Under the pieces are notes generated by a model. The model saw only the letters and a program-made list of their open reading frames with translations. It ran no database searches and was not told the origin of the DNA. The translations under genes and the position numbers were made by a program. Source: an uncultured Gemmatimonadaceae bacterium (GTDB taxonomy: Bacteria > Gemmatimonadota > Gemmatimonadetes > Gemmatimonadales > Gemmatimonadaceae). From it: a stretch of 64,000 bases of DNA. Positions 12,526 through 21,433 of the stretch are shown here, piece by piece (the stretch's first letter is position 1; the number at the start of each line of letters is the position of its first letter). Location: contig CAWAGQ010000006.1 in the NCBI GenBank assembly GCA_963781585.1, forward strand, positions 320,001 through 384,000, read 5' to 3'.

Positions 12526-13235
12526 CAGGCCGGAGACGCGCGCCGCTTGTCGCTCGCCACGGCCCCATCCACCAGATGGACCAGCCGCCGCGCACGCTCC
12601 ATTACCCGCGGGTCATGCGTCGAGAAGACGAACGTCGTGCCTTCCTCGCGATTGAGCCGCTCCATCACCGTCAGCAACGCGTCGCTGGTGGCGGAGTCCA
12701 GATTGGCGGTGGGCTCGTCCGCCAGCACGAGCGCCGGACGTCCCACCACGGCGCGCGCGACCGCCACCCGCTGCTGCTGTCCGCCGGAGAGTTTCCCGGG
12801 GCGGCGATCCTCCAGCCCGGTCATCCCGATGCGCGCGAACAGCTCGCGCACCCGCTCCCGACGCTCCCGCTCCGATACCCCGCGCAGCAGCAGCGTGAAC
12901 TCGGCGTTCTCCATCGCCGACAGCACGGGCAGGAGATTGAACGCCTGGAAGACGTAGCCGATGCGCTGCAGCCGAAGATGCGCCAGCGCACGATCGCTCA
13001 TCCCGCCGAGCTCCGCGTCATCGACCCAGATGTGGCCGCGGGTGGGGCGGGTGAGGCCGCCGAGCAGATTGAGCAGGGTGGACTTCCCCGAGCCCGATGG
13101 GCCGGCGAGTGCCAGGAACTCCCCTCGCTCCACTTCGAGCGTCAGGTCGCGCACCGCTTCCACCGGAGCCGGCTCCTGGGGGTAGATCTTCCACAGCGCC
13201 TCGGTGCGCACGGCGAAGCGTCTCTCGTCAGGCAT
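12525..13235 (-). CDS. ABC transporter ATP-binding protein (LolD/MacB-type)
   Basis: Walker A GPSGSGKST, signature LSGGQQQRV, Walker B LADEPTANLD, H-loop STHD. Confidence 0.95.
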   Translation of the reverse strand: MPDERRFAVRTEALWKIYPQEPAPVEAVRDLTLEVERGEFLALAGPSGSGKSTLLNLLGGLTRPTRGHIWVDDAELGGMSDRALAHLRLQRIGYVFQAFNLLPVLSAMENAEFTLLLRGVSERERRERVRELFARIGMTGLEDRRPGKLSGGQQQRVAVARAVVGRPALVLADEPTANLDSATSDALLTVMERLNREEGTTFVFSTHDPRVMERARRLVHLVDGAVASDKRRASPA

Positions 13236-13238
13236 GAA

Positions 13239-14499
13239 TCATTGCTCGCTCTGCATGGCGGTGGCGGGGTCGATGCGCGCCGCCTGCCACATGGGATAGA
13301 GGGAAGAGAGGATGCCGAGTACGATCACCACGACGACGCCCTGCCACGCGCGGGCCAGCCGCACCGCGGGGTGAACCACCGGACTCACCACCGCGCCGGA
13401 GATCGACAGATTGTCGCCGACGAATCGGGTGAGGTCGAGCCCGTGCCGGCCGAGCATCCAGGTGACGCAGAATCCCAGCGCCATGCCGGCGATGCCGCTG
13501 AAGACCGCGAGCGTGATGCCTTCGGCGAGCACCACGACCGACGTCTCGCGCGACGCGAGTCCCATCGCCCGCAGGACGCCGAACTCGCGCTGGCGGTGGA
13601 GCACCGACACCAGCAGCGCCTCCAGCACAGCGAGCGCGACGATCGCCAGCAGGATGGCGTTGAAGAGGTAATTGCCGAAGTTGTCGATCCGGACCGCGGC
13701 GTCGAGCTCGGGCGACGTCTCCCGCCACGAAAAGGCGCGCGCACCTTGCGGCAGCAGGGGGGTGAGGCGGTCGACGACCGGGGTGACGTCGCGCTCATCA
13801 CGCACCAGGATCGCGACCGAGGTCGCGGCGCCCGGCACGCCGAGCCACTGCCGCGCGGTTACCAGCGGGATGTCGACCACGCCGTCGTCGACCTCGCGGA
13901 TACCGGTGTGGAAGATTCCCACCACGCGCGCCAGCTGCTCCTGTACCTCTCCCGACGCGCCCTGCGAGGTGAGCACGAAGCGCGATCCGACGCCGATATC
14001 CAGCCGCTGGGCGAGTCCGGTCCCCACCACCGCGCCGAGGCGGTCGGCCGGCTGGAGGAACCGGCCGCTGTCGATCTTCGGTGGCAGGGCGGAGAAGCGC
14101 GCTTTCGATCGCGGGATCGACGCCGCTCACGCCGACCGGAAGTGCCGACGTCGCAGAGCTGGCAAGCGCGCTGACGGTGAGCCGCGGCGCCGCGACCGTG
14201 ATGCGTTGGGTCACCGTCGGGTCCTGCAGCGCGCGTTCGACCGCGGCGAGGACCTGTGCGCCGAGGCGATCGTCGAGGTTGCCGGTGCGCCGATACGCGG
14301 GAGACTCCACCGTCAGGTAGCCGTCGCCGAGCCGGACGCCGGCATCGATCCACTGGGAGTGCATCCCGTCGCCTAACGCGAGAAAGATGATGAGCAGGGC
14401 GACGCCGAGCATCATCGCGAGGGCAATGAGCAGGCTGCGGCGGCGCTGGCGGGCAACGTTTCGGACCGCGAGCCGGAGCAGCACGCCGGTGTGGTTCAC
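13239..14499 (-). pseudogene. FtsX/LolE-like ABC permease 2, +1 frameshift near 14103-14105 (possibly a sequencing artefact)
   Basis: GTG 14499 overlaps the upstream stop; N-terminal LAVRNVARQRRRSLL; removing one A from GAAAGCG joins it to the 13239..14030 frame (RQREFGVLRAMG...AARIDPATAM), about 419 aa. Confidence 0.8.
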
Positions 14500-15759
14500 T
14501 CGCGCCCTCCCAGCGCATCCGCCGGCGGAATCCGGGTGGCGCGAAACGCGGGATAGAGCGCCGCCAGCATCGACGTCACCAGCAGCGCGGCCGCCGCCTG
14601 CAGCGGCACGCCCCACGATGGTTCGGCGCGCAACACGGGCCGCACCAGCGCGCCGGAGACGGTGAAGTTGCCGACGAGGCGGCTCAGATCGGGCGGTGCG
14701 GCGTGCCACCAGTACAGGATCGGCGCGGCGAGGAGCGCGCCGGCGAGCAGGGAGCAGAGCCCCAGGACGAGCCCTTCGTAGACGACCGTGCGCGCGACCG
14801 CGCCGTCGGTCACGCCGAGCGCCTGCTCGACCGCGAACTCGCGGCGGCGCTCGAAGGTGCTCATCAGCAGGGTGTTGGTGACCCCGAAAATCGCCATCAG
14901 AAAGACGATCCCGATGAGCAGCCCGTTCGACCCACGGGCGAGGGCGGCATACGAGGCGAGCTCGGGGCGGAACTGCGTCCACGACTCCACCGCGAGGCCG
15001 GCCCGGGCCACGGCCGGAGTGGCGGCGACGGCGTGCGCGATCGCCGTGGCGTCCCAGGGCCGCCGGACGGACGCGGCGATCTCGTGCACGCGCCCGGGGG
15101 GTAGCACGAGCAGTGCCTGCAGGGCGCCGAGCGGCATCACCGCCACGCCCGCATCCAGGTCCGCGAGGCCGGTGTGGAAGACGCCGCTCACCACGTACAG
15201 ATCGTTGCCTAACGACCCGTCGGCGGCCGGCGCGACCACAACGATCTGGGTGTCGACGGCCGCGTGGAGCCGCCGTGCGGTCTCGCTGCCGATGACGATC
15301 TCCTTCGTGCCCTCGCGCGGCGCCCGACCCCGGCTGATGCTTGCCGCCAGGCGGCTGACCGCCCGGTTCGCGGGCCGGATCCATCCCGACGATCAGGGCC
15401 GCCTCGGTGTGGGCCGCGGTGCTCAGCAGGCCGGCGCCGTAGACGCGCGGGGCGGCCGCGAGCACGCCCGGCTGCGCCTCGACCGCCGCGACGAGCTGGT
15501 CCACCGCCACCGCGCTGTCGCCGATCGTGTCGTAGATGTGCCGCGCCGGCAGGTAGTCGCGGGCATGGAGCTGGATCTGGCCCGACAGGGCATGCGTCCC
15601 GTTCTCGATCATCTCGGCGGTCATGCCGTCCGACACCGCGGCCATCACGATGGCGGCGGCAAAGCCGAACGCGAGCGCGCTGGCGGCCAGCACGGTGCGC
15701 TTGGGGTTGCGGCCGAGGTTGCGAAAGGCGATGCGCCACCAGATTGAGCCGCCGGCCAT
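14496..15759 (-). pseudogene. FtsX/LolE-like ABC permease 1, +1 frameshift near 15362-15364 (possibly a sequencing artefact)
   Basis: N-terminal IAFRNLGRNPKRTVL; removing one G from CCGGGCGGTC gives EPAVSRLAAS..., which joins the 14496..15239 frame (ERRREFAV...RIPPADAL), about 420 aa. Confidence 0.8.
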
Positions 15760-15760
15760 G

Positions 15761-16585
15761 TCAGCCGCCGCTCCGGAGGTTGCGCAGCGAGAAGAAGGCC
15801 GGCGCGAGCCCGACGTCGAACGAGAGCGTGTGGTAGGTGATGGTCGTGTGCTCGTCAGGCTTGTCCGACGGCACCACGGTCAGGGTGGCCGGAACGAGCC
15901 GGCCCCCCATCGTCCGGTAATCGCCGAAAGTCATCGAGCGCGCCAGGCGACCGGCGTCGTCGTAGTAGCGCTCCCAGACCGGCATGAGATCGGCCTGACG
16001 CACCTGCATCACGATCTTCCCCCACACCACGGCGGCGTCGGGCTTCGGTACCAGCGCCAACTCCCAGACCCGCACCCCGTCCCGGTCGCCCTGGTAGTCG
16101 ATGGTGATGTCGTAGTCGCGCACCAGCCGGCTCTCCTTCACGAGATCGTCGTTGGTGAAGTGCGACCCCATCCAGGCACCGCTCATGAGCGACGGCGGAA
16201 TCCGGATGGTGCGGTCGACGCGCGGGAGGTAATTCCAGACCTCGTTCTTCACCTTGAGGGTCGCGGTCCCGGCATCCTTGGCGGGTGCCGTGACGCGGAG
16301 CAGGGCATAGTCGGTGCCCAGCGACCAGAGCTTGAGGTCGATGGAGCGCGACCACTGCCTGGTGGTGATGCTCATGGTGAGCGAGCCGGTGCTGGAAGAG
16401 CCGCGCAGCAGCTGGTCGACGCGATCGACGATCTGGGCCGGCGTCTGCGCGGTTGCGGCGCAGGGCACGGCCCCCGCGCATGCGAGCGTGGCGAGACGCA
16501 CCAGTGCGCGCAGCGATCCGCTGCCGCGGGGGCGGGGCCACGGCCCGATGCGCGTTTCCGCCCGCGCCGCGATGCGAGGCATCAT
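15761..16585 (-). CDS. Outer-membrane lipoprotein-sorting (LolA-like) protein
   Basis: APAKDAGTATLK, VWNYLPRVDRTIRI, WMGSHFTNDDL, FFSLRNL; ATG overlaps the TetR stop (ATGA). Confidence 0.85.
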   Translation of the reverse strand: MMPRIAARAETRIGPWPRPRGSGSLRALVRLATLACAGAVPCAATAQTPAQIVDRVDQLLRGSSSTGSLTMSITTRQWSRSIDLKLWSLGTDYALLRVTAPAKDAGTATLKVKNEVWNYLPRVDRTIRIPPSLMSGAWMGSHFTNDDLVKESRLVRDYDITIDYQGDRDGVRVWELALVPKPDAAVVWGKIVMQVRQADLMPVWERYYDDAGRLARSMTFGDYRTMGGRLVPATLTVVPSDKPDEHTTITYHTLSFDVGLAPAFFSLRNLRSGG

Positions 16586-17265
16586 CGGTGCTCCCGCGCG
16601 TGACTGGTGTGGCGCGACGGTGGGCCGATCGCCGGCGCGGACGCCTCCCGCGGCTCGAGCAGCCGATGGAACGCGTCCATCTCGGCGGCCAGGGTCTGTT
16701 CGCGATCGCGGCGGCTCATTGCTTTCCAGTGCTCGAACACCCAGCGGTCCCCGACTTCGCCGACCGCGAGGGTCAGCTCGACAAGGAGATCGAGCGGGAG
16801 GTCGGTGCGGACGACGCCTAACGCCTGGCCGCGTCGGAGGACCGCGGCCGTCCAGCGGCGGATCCACGCGAAGACGCGGCCGGTGCTGGCCCGGCCCGCT
16901 CCCTCGCGGACCCGGTAGAACGACCGGCCGAGGCGGACGAACCACTCGTTCCGCTGCAGGTAGTCGGCCGAGCGGCGGATGGCGCCCTCGAGCGACGGCC
17001 AGAACGATTCGGCAGTGAGCTCATCGAGGCGGAAGCCGGCAACGAGCCGGACCAGCGTGGTGGTGGCTTTCTCGACGAGGGTGGCGTAGAGGTCGCTCTT
17101 GTCGTCGAAGTAGTAGTAGAGCGAGCCCTTGCTCATGCCCGCGTGGTCGATGATGCGGTTGAGCGATGCGCGGTCGAACCCGTGGCTGCCGAACTCGTCG
17201 GCCGCGGCCTCGTAGAGCCGCTGCTGCTTGTGGGGATCGAGCTTGTCGAATCGATCGCGTGGCAT
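16582..17265 (-). CDS. TetR/AcrR family transcriptional regulator
   Basis: N-terminal HTH AADEFGSHGFDRASLNRIIDHAGMSKGSLYYYFDDKSDL. Confidence 0.93.
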   Translation of the reverse strand: MPRDRFDKLDPHKQQRLYEAAADEFGSHGFDRASLNRIIDHAGMSKGSLYYYFDDKSDLYATLVEKATTTLVRLVAGFRLDELTAESFWPSLEGAIRRSADYLQRNEWFVRLGRSFYRVREGAGRASTGRVFAWIRRWTAAVLRRGQALGVVRTDLPLDLLVELTLAVGEVGDRWVFEHWKAMSRRDREQTLAAEMDAFHRLLEPREASAPAIGPPSRHTSHAREHR

Positions 17266-17291
17266 GGCGCCGGGATCGGCGTGACGGCGTG

Positions 17292-17330
17292 GACTGGCGG
17301 ACTGGACCGCATGACTGGACCGACGGTCTA
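17292..17330. promoter_or_regulatory. Candidate TetR operator region
   Basis: Palindrome GACCG-A-CGGTC (17318-17328), direct repeats GACTGGACCG (17300, 17313) and GACTGG (17292), 30-65 bp upstream of tetR. Confidence 0.45.
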
Positions 17331-17429
17331 CTCCGCAACGTGTACGCCGATCTACGGCTGGTCAAGGCCCGCTCGAGCAAGTGACCGGCTCCAGCCGGCG
17401 GGCACGACCATCCGAGCCGGCGTACGAGG

Positions 17430-20400
17430 CTACTGGTTCGTCACGCGCTTCCCCGGTCCCTCCTTCAGCATCTTCAACGCCTCGTCGATCGCGGCCTTGA
17501 GCTCGCGATCTACCCCCTTCACCTCGTCGGTGGGTGAGTTCTTCACCCAGACGTCGGGCGGCACGCCGTAGCCCTCGAGGTTCACCCCGTAGTTGTTCGG
17601 CTTCGACGGGTCCCACGTCACCACCAGCGACCCCGGAGTGCGCACCGCGCCGCCGTTGATCAACCCGTAACTGCCGGTCGCGATCACCTGGGCCGAGGTG
17701 GGATTTCCCACGATGCGCCCCAGCCCGAGCTCGCGGAACCCCATCGGCGTCACCTCGGCGTCGCTGGCCGAGCGCGCGTTCACCATCATCACCTTGGGTC
17801 CGGCGATTGCCTGACGAGGACGGCGCCCCCAGGTGCGCGCGCCGTTGCGGTTGTTCCAGAACTCGTACGGGCGCCGCTCGAGGATGTCGAGCAACTCCTG
17901 GTCGATGTTGCCGCCGCCGTTGTTCCGGATGTCGACGATGATGCCCTTCTTGTTCCAGAAGCGGTCGATCTCGTTCTCGAACCGCGCCAGCGACGGCTGG
18001 TTCATGGCCCGGATGTGCACGTACGCGATCTCGCCGTTGGTGGCCTTCTCCACCTCGTCACGGTTGTCGGCCACCCATTCCTCGTACTTGATGTTATTGA
18101 GCGATTCCACGCTGGCGATGCGCACCGTGCGGGCATTCGATCCGTCGGCGCCCTTGGCGACCTTCACCGGGACGTAGTCGTTGGCGGTACTGGAGAGAAT
18201 CTTCCAGTAGTTGTCGCCGGCCTTCACGTCCTGGCCGTCGATGGCGAGCACGTAGTCGCCCACCGCGAGGCCCAGCCACTCCTTGTCGGCCGGTCCATCG
18301 CGATAGACGTGCGTGATCCGGTACCTCGCGCCGGCCGGCTCCATCTCGAAGCCGAGGAATCGCGAACGGTAGATGTCGGGCACCGCATGGGTGGGCGGAC
18401 CGCTCACGCCCGTATGCGACGAGTTAATCTCGCCGATCATGGCGTTGCCCAGATCGTAGAGATCTTCGTTGGTGCCGACGTACTTGAGCAACGGTTCGTA
18501 CCTGGAACGAATCGCCGCCCAGTCGTGGTTGTTCATCGAGGCGTCGTAGTAGCGGTACTTCATCGCGCGCCACACCTCGCCGAACATCTCCTTCCACTGT
18601 TCGCGCTGGTCGACGCGCACCTGGAACGAGAAGTTCACGCGCTCGCCGCTCTGCGCGGTTGCAGCGCCCCCGCCCCCGCCACCGCCTCCCCCTCCGGCCG
18701 CGCCCGCGGCCCGGCCGCCGCCACCGCCTGCACCGGTACCTGCAGGGATCGCGAGGCGATCGATCTCGAACCCGGCCGGTGGTGGTCCGCCGCCCTGAGC
18801 GCCGTCGCCCCCGGCGCGGCCCGGCGCGCGGAAGAAGATGGTCCGCCGATCGGCGGTGGGCTGCATGCCCGAGAACGTACCGGCAGCTATGCGGCGCTGA
18901 TCGCGCCCGTCGATCCCGATCGCGAAAAGGCCGGCGGCTGCGCCAGTTGCCGCCGCACCACCGCGACCGCCACCGCGTCCACCGAATCCGCCGCCGACGG
19001 CGAAGTACACCGTGCGACCGTCGTTCGACAGAAAGAAACCGGAGACGCCGGCCGGGCCGCGCGTGAGCTGCACCGCGCGCTTCTCGATGCCTTCGAGATC
19101 GATACGCGTCGGCCCCGATCCGCTGTCGGGTGCCGCGCCGCCGCGTCCGCCGCGGCCTCCGCCCGCGGCCTGGGCCGCCCGCCGCACGCGCTCGCGAACG
19201 AGCGGATCGTCGGGATCCTCGGTCAGTCGGGCCAGCGAGACGGCAAACAGCTGGTTCTGTGCCCCGTCACGATTGGAGACGAAAACGAGGGTCTTTCCGT
19301 CCGGCGTGAGCAGCCCCTCGCCATCGGTGCCGGGACTCTGGGTGACGTCGTACTCCTTGCGGGCGCGAATGTCGTACAAGTAGGTGTCGGCGTTCTGATC
19401 GTCGTCGCGCTTCGTGTACACGAGCCAGTTTCCGTCGCCGGAATACTCCGAGAGGTTGTAGCCGCCGGCGGGGTTGTACGCGAGCTCGCGCGGCGCGCCG
19501 CCGGCCAGGTCGACCTCGAAGATCCGATTGGCCGCCGTCCAGGCGAGCTTCTGCGAATTGGGCGCCCAGGTGAGGTCCGACTTCTCCGACTCCTGCTGCG
19601 AGAGCCGCTTGCGCACGCCGGTCGCGAGGTCGAACACCCAGACCTCCTCGTCGCCGGTTTCGTCCGAGACGTAGGCGATCTTCCTGCCGTCGGGGGAATA
19701 CACCTCGTTCCGGTCGCGCGACGGCGATGCCGTCACCGGCGTCTTCTCTCCGATGCCGGATTCGGCCGGCACGACCATGATCTCACCATGAAAGTCCACC
19801 GCCAGGTAGTCGCCGGTCGGCGACACGCTGAACCCCTCGGCCCGCGCGTCGGTGGCGAGCAGTTCCAGGTCGCTGATCTTGGCATCGAACGACAACGGGA
19901 TCGACACCTTCTTCGGAGCCCCGCTAGGCACGTCGAGGGTGTAGAGATCGAAGTCGCGCTGGTAGATGATCCGCTTGCCGTCGGGCGACATGGACGGAAA
20001 GAAGACGCCGTTGTCCTTGTAGGTCGTCACCTGCTGTGGAGAGCCGCCCTTCGCCGTCATCCGCCAGATGTTGTACGTGCCATCGCGCTCGGACGCGTAG
20101 TAGATCAGGCCGTCGGCGCCCCACATCGGGAACACGTCGTTCACGTAGGTGCGGAACTGCGCCGGATCGGTATCGGTGATGTCGCTGATCGAGCCGCTCT
20201 TCACGTCGAGCACGGCGATGTCGGCGGTGGCGTTGCCGCGAAACCCTTTTCGCCACGCCGAGGGGAGGCGCTTGTTGTAGGCGACCATCGACAGGTCCTG
20301 CTTCATGCTCCCGGCGGCGGCGTAGCCGGTTGGCAGCGCGGTGGCCGGCTGCCCGTCGAGCGGCAGGCGGTAGAGTGGCGACCCGAAGGCGTTCCAACCG

Positions 20401-20822
20401 CGGTTGCTCGAGATGATCAGCGACTGCCCGTCGGGCATCCAGTTCTGGACCTGATCGGGGCCCGGGTACCAGGTGAGCTGTCGCGGCTCGCCGCCGGTGG
20501 ACGGCATCACGAAGACATCGTCGTTGCCGGTGCGGTTGCTGGTAAAGGCGATCCACTTGCCGTCGGGCGAGAATTTTGGCCCGAAGTCCCGCGCCAGGTT
20601 GAGCGTGAGGCGTCGCGGGTTCGCGCCACCGGCATCCGCGGTCCAGATGTCGTCCTGGTAGGCGAAGGCGATGCGTCCGTCGCTGGCCACCGCCGGAGTG
20701 CGCGCGAATCTGATGGGCTCGGGCGTTTGCGCTCCCGCCGCGGGTGCGAGGAGCACGGCGCCGACGGCGAGGATCGAGATGGTACGAAGGCCGGCGGGTC
20801 GGAACGAACGGGGCACGAACAT
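17430..20822 (-). CDS. Tricorn-like S41 family peptidase (beta-propellers, PDZ, catalytic domain)
   Basis: Signal peptide; PD40 repeats (FSPDGKWIAF); SSHTG; DIRNNGGG; SASDAE; GVPPDV. Confidence 0.92.
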   Translation of the reverse strand: MFVPRSFRPAGLRTISILAVGAVLLAPAAGAQTPEPIRFARTPAVASDGRIAFAYQDDIWTADAGGANPRRLTLNLARDFGPKFSPDGKWIAFTSNRTGNDDVFVMPSTGGEPRQLTWYPGPDQVQNWMPDGQSLIISSNRGWNAFGSPLYRLPLDGQPATALPTGYAAAGSMKQDLSMVAYNKRLPSAWRKGFRGNATADIAVLDVKSGSISDITDTDPAQFRTYVNDVFPMWGADGLIYYASERDGTYNIWRMTAKGGSPQQVTTYKDNGVFFPSMSPDGKRIIYQRDFDLYTLDVPSGAPKKVSIPLSFDAKISDLELLATDARAEGFSVSPTGDYLAVDFHGEIMVVPAESGIGEKTPVTASPSRDRNEVYSPDGRKIAYVSDETGDEEVWVFDLATGVRKRLSQQESEKSDLTWAPNSQKLAWTAANRIFEVDLAGGAPRELAYNPAGGYNLSEYSGDGNWLVYTKRDDDQNADTYLYDIRARKEYDVTQSPGTDGEGLLTPDGKTLVFVSNRDGAQNQLFAVSLARLTEDPDDPLVRERVRRAAQAAGGGRGGRGGAAPDSGSGPTRIDLEGIEKRAVQLTRGPAGVSGFFLSNDGRTVYFAVGGGFGGRGGGRGGAAATGAAAGLFAIGIDGRDQRRIAAGTFSGMQPTADRRTIFFRAPGRAGGDGAQGGGPPPAGFEIDRLAIPAGTGAGGGGGRAAGAAGGGGGGGGGGAATAQSGERVNFSFQVRVDQREQWKEMFGEVWRAMKYRYYDASMNNHDWAAIRSRYEPLLKYVGTNEDLYDLGNAMIGEINSSHTGVSGPPTHAVPDIYRSRFLGFEMEPAGARYRITHVYRDGPADKEWLGLAVGDYVLAIDGQDVKAGDNYWKILSSTANDYVPVKVAKGADGSNARTVRIASVESLNNIKYEEWVADNRDEVEKATNGEIAYVHIRAMNQPSLARFENEIDRFWNKKGIIVDIRNNGGGNIDQELLDILERRPYEFWNNRNGARTWGRRPRQAIAGPKVMMVNARSASDAEVTPMGFRELGLGRIVGNPTSAQVIATGSYGLINGGAVRTPGSLVVTWDPSKPNNYGVNLEGYGVPPDVWVKNSPTDEVKGVDRELKAAIDEALKMLKEGPGKRVTNQ

Positions 20823-20923
20823 GGTGGCTCCACGTGGGTGTTGGAGATACGCTGATCTTGTACCTCGAACGATCGCTCGGCAAGGCGGCGAGGGCAGCCG
20901 GGTATTGGAGGCAGACTTGCCGC

Positions 20924-21200
20924 GACTTCATAATCGGCAACACCTGGCACGACCTGCTGGACGACACGCACACCTTCAGCCTGGCGTCGGGTGACGACAG
21001 CACGGCCTCCGGCACCTTCACCGGAGAGGAGAATCATCCTTCGCTGGGCCTTTTTTCGGATCTCGACGGCACCTTCACCCCGGCAAGCTGTCGTTCACAA
21101 TCCACCGCTCCGCTGGCGATATCGTGCATTCGGGGCGTTCCTGCAGCGCGACACGATGTACGTGTCGTCCAGCGAGGGGGCCTTGAAGATCGTGCGGTAG
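20924..21200 (+). pseudogene. Degraded small beta-rich protein remnant with two frameshifts
   Basis: Protein-like text continues across three frames: DFIIGNTWHD...SDLDGTFT / GKLSFTIHRSAGDIVHSG / AFLQRDTMYVSSSEGALKIVR*, shifting at CCCC (~21080) and GGGG (~21133); no clear start. Confidence 0.4.
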
Positions 21201-21433
21201 CGGCGAGGACGCACCGCGGCGCCGGCGATTCCGCGTGAGTTGGGTCGTGGGCGATAAAGGCAATGTCGGGGGCCGAACGTTGCGTCCATAGATGGGAAAC
21301 GTGAGGCGCGGCCGCCTCTAAGCGCCATCGGACGCGGCTGCACCATCTGCGCCCGGAGCGGCCGACCACACTATCCAATCGGCCCGGCCGCGCGTAATTA
21401 TCCGGTTCTTCGAACACCCTCCGGCCTCCCGAC

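Noticed and set aside
13798..15759. 653-aa ORF as a single fused permease
   Set aside because: It is a chimera of the permease 1 N-terminus, off-frame sequence and the permease 2 N-terminus, produced by the two frameshifts.
18015..20855. 946-aa plus-strand ORF
   Set aside because: Antisense shadow of the S41 protease; no motifs, typical of GC-rich codon bias.
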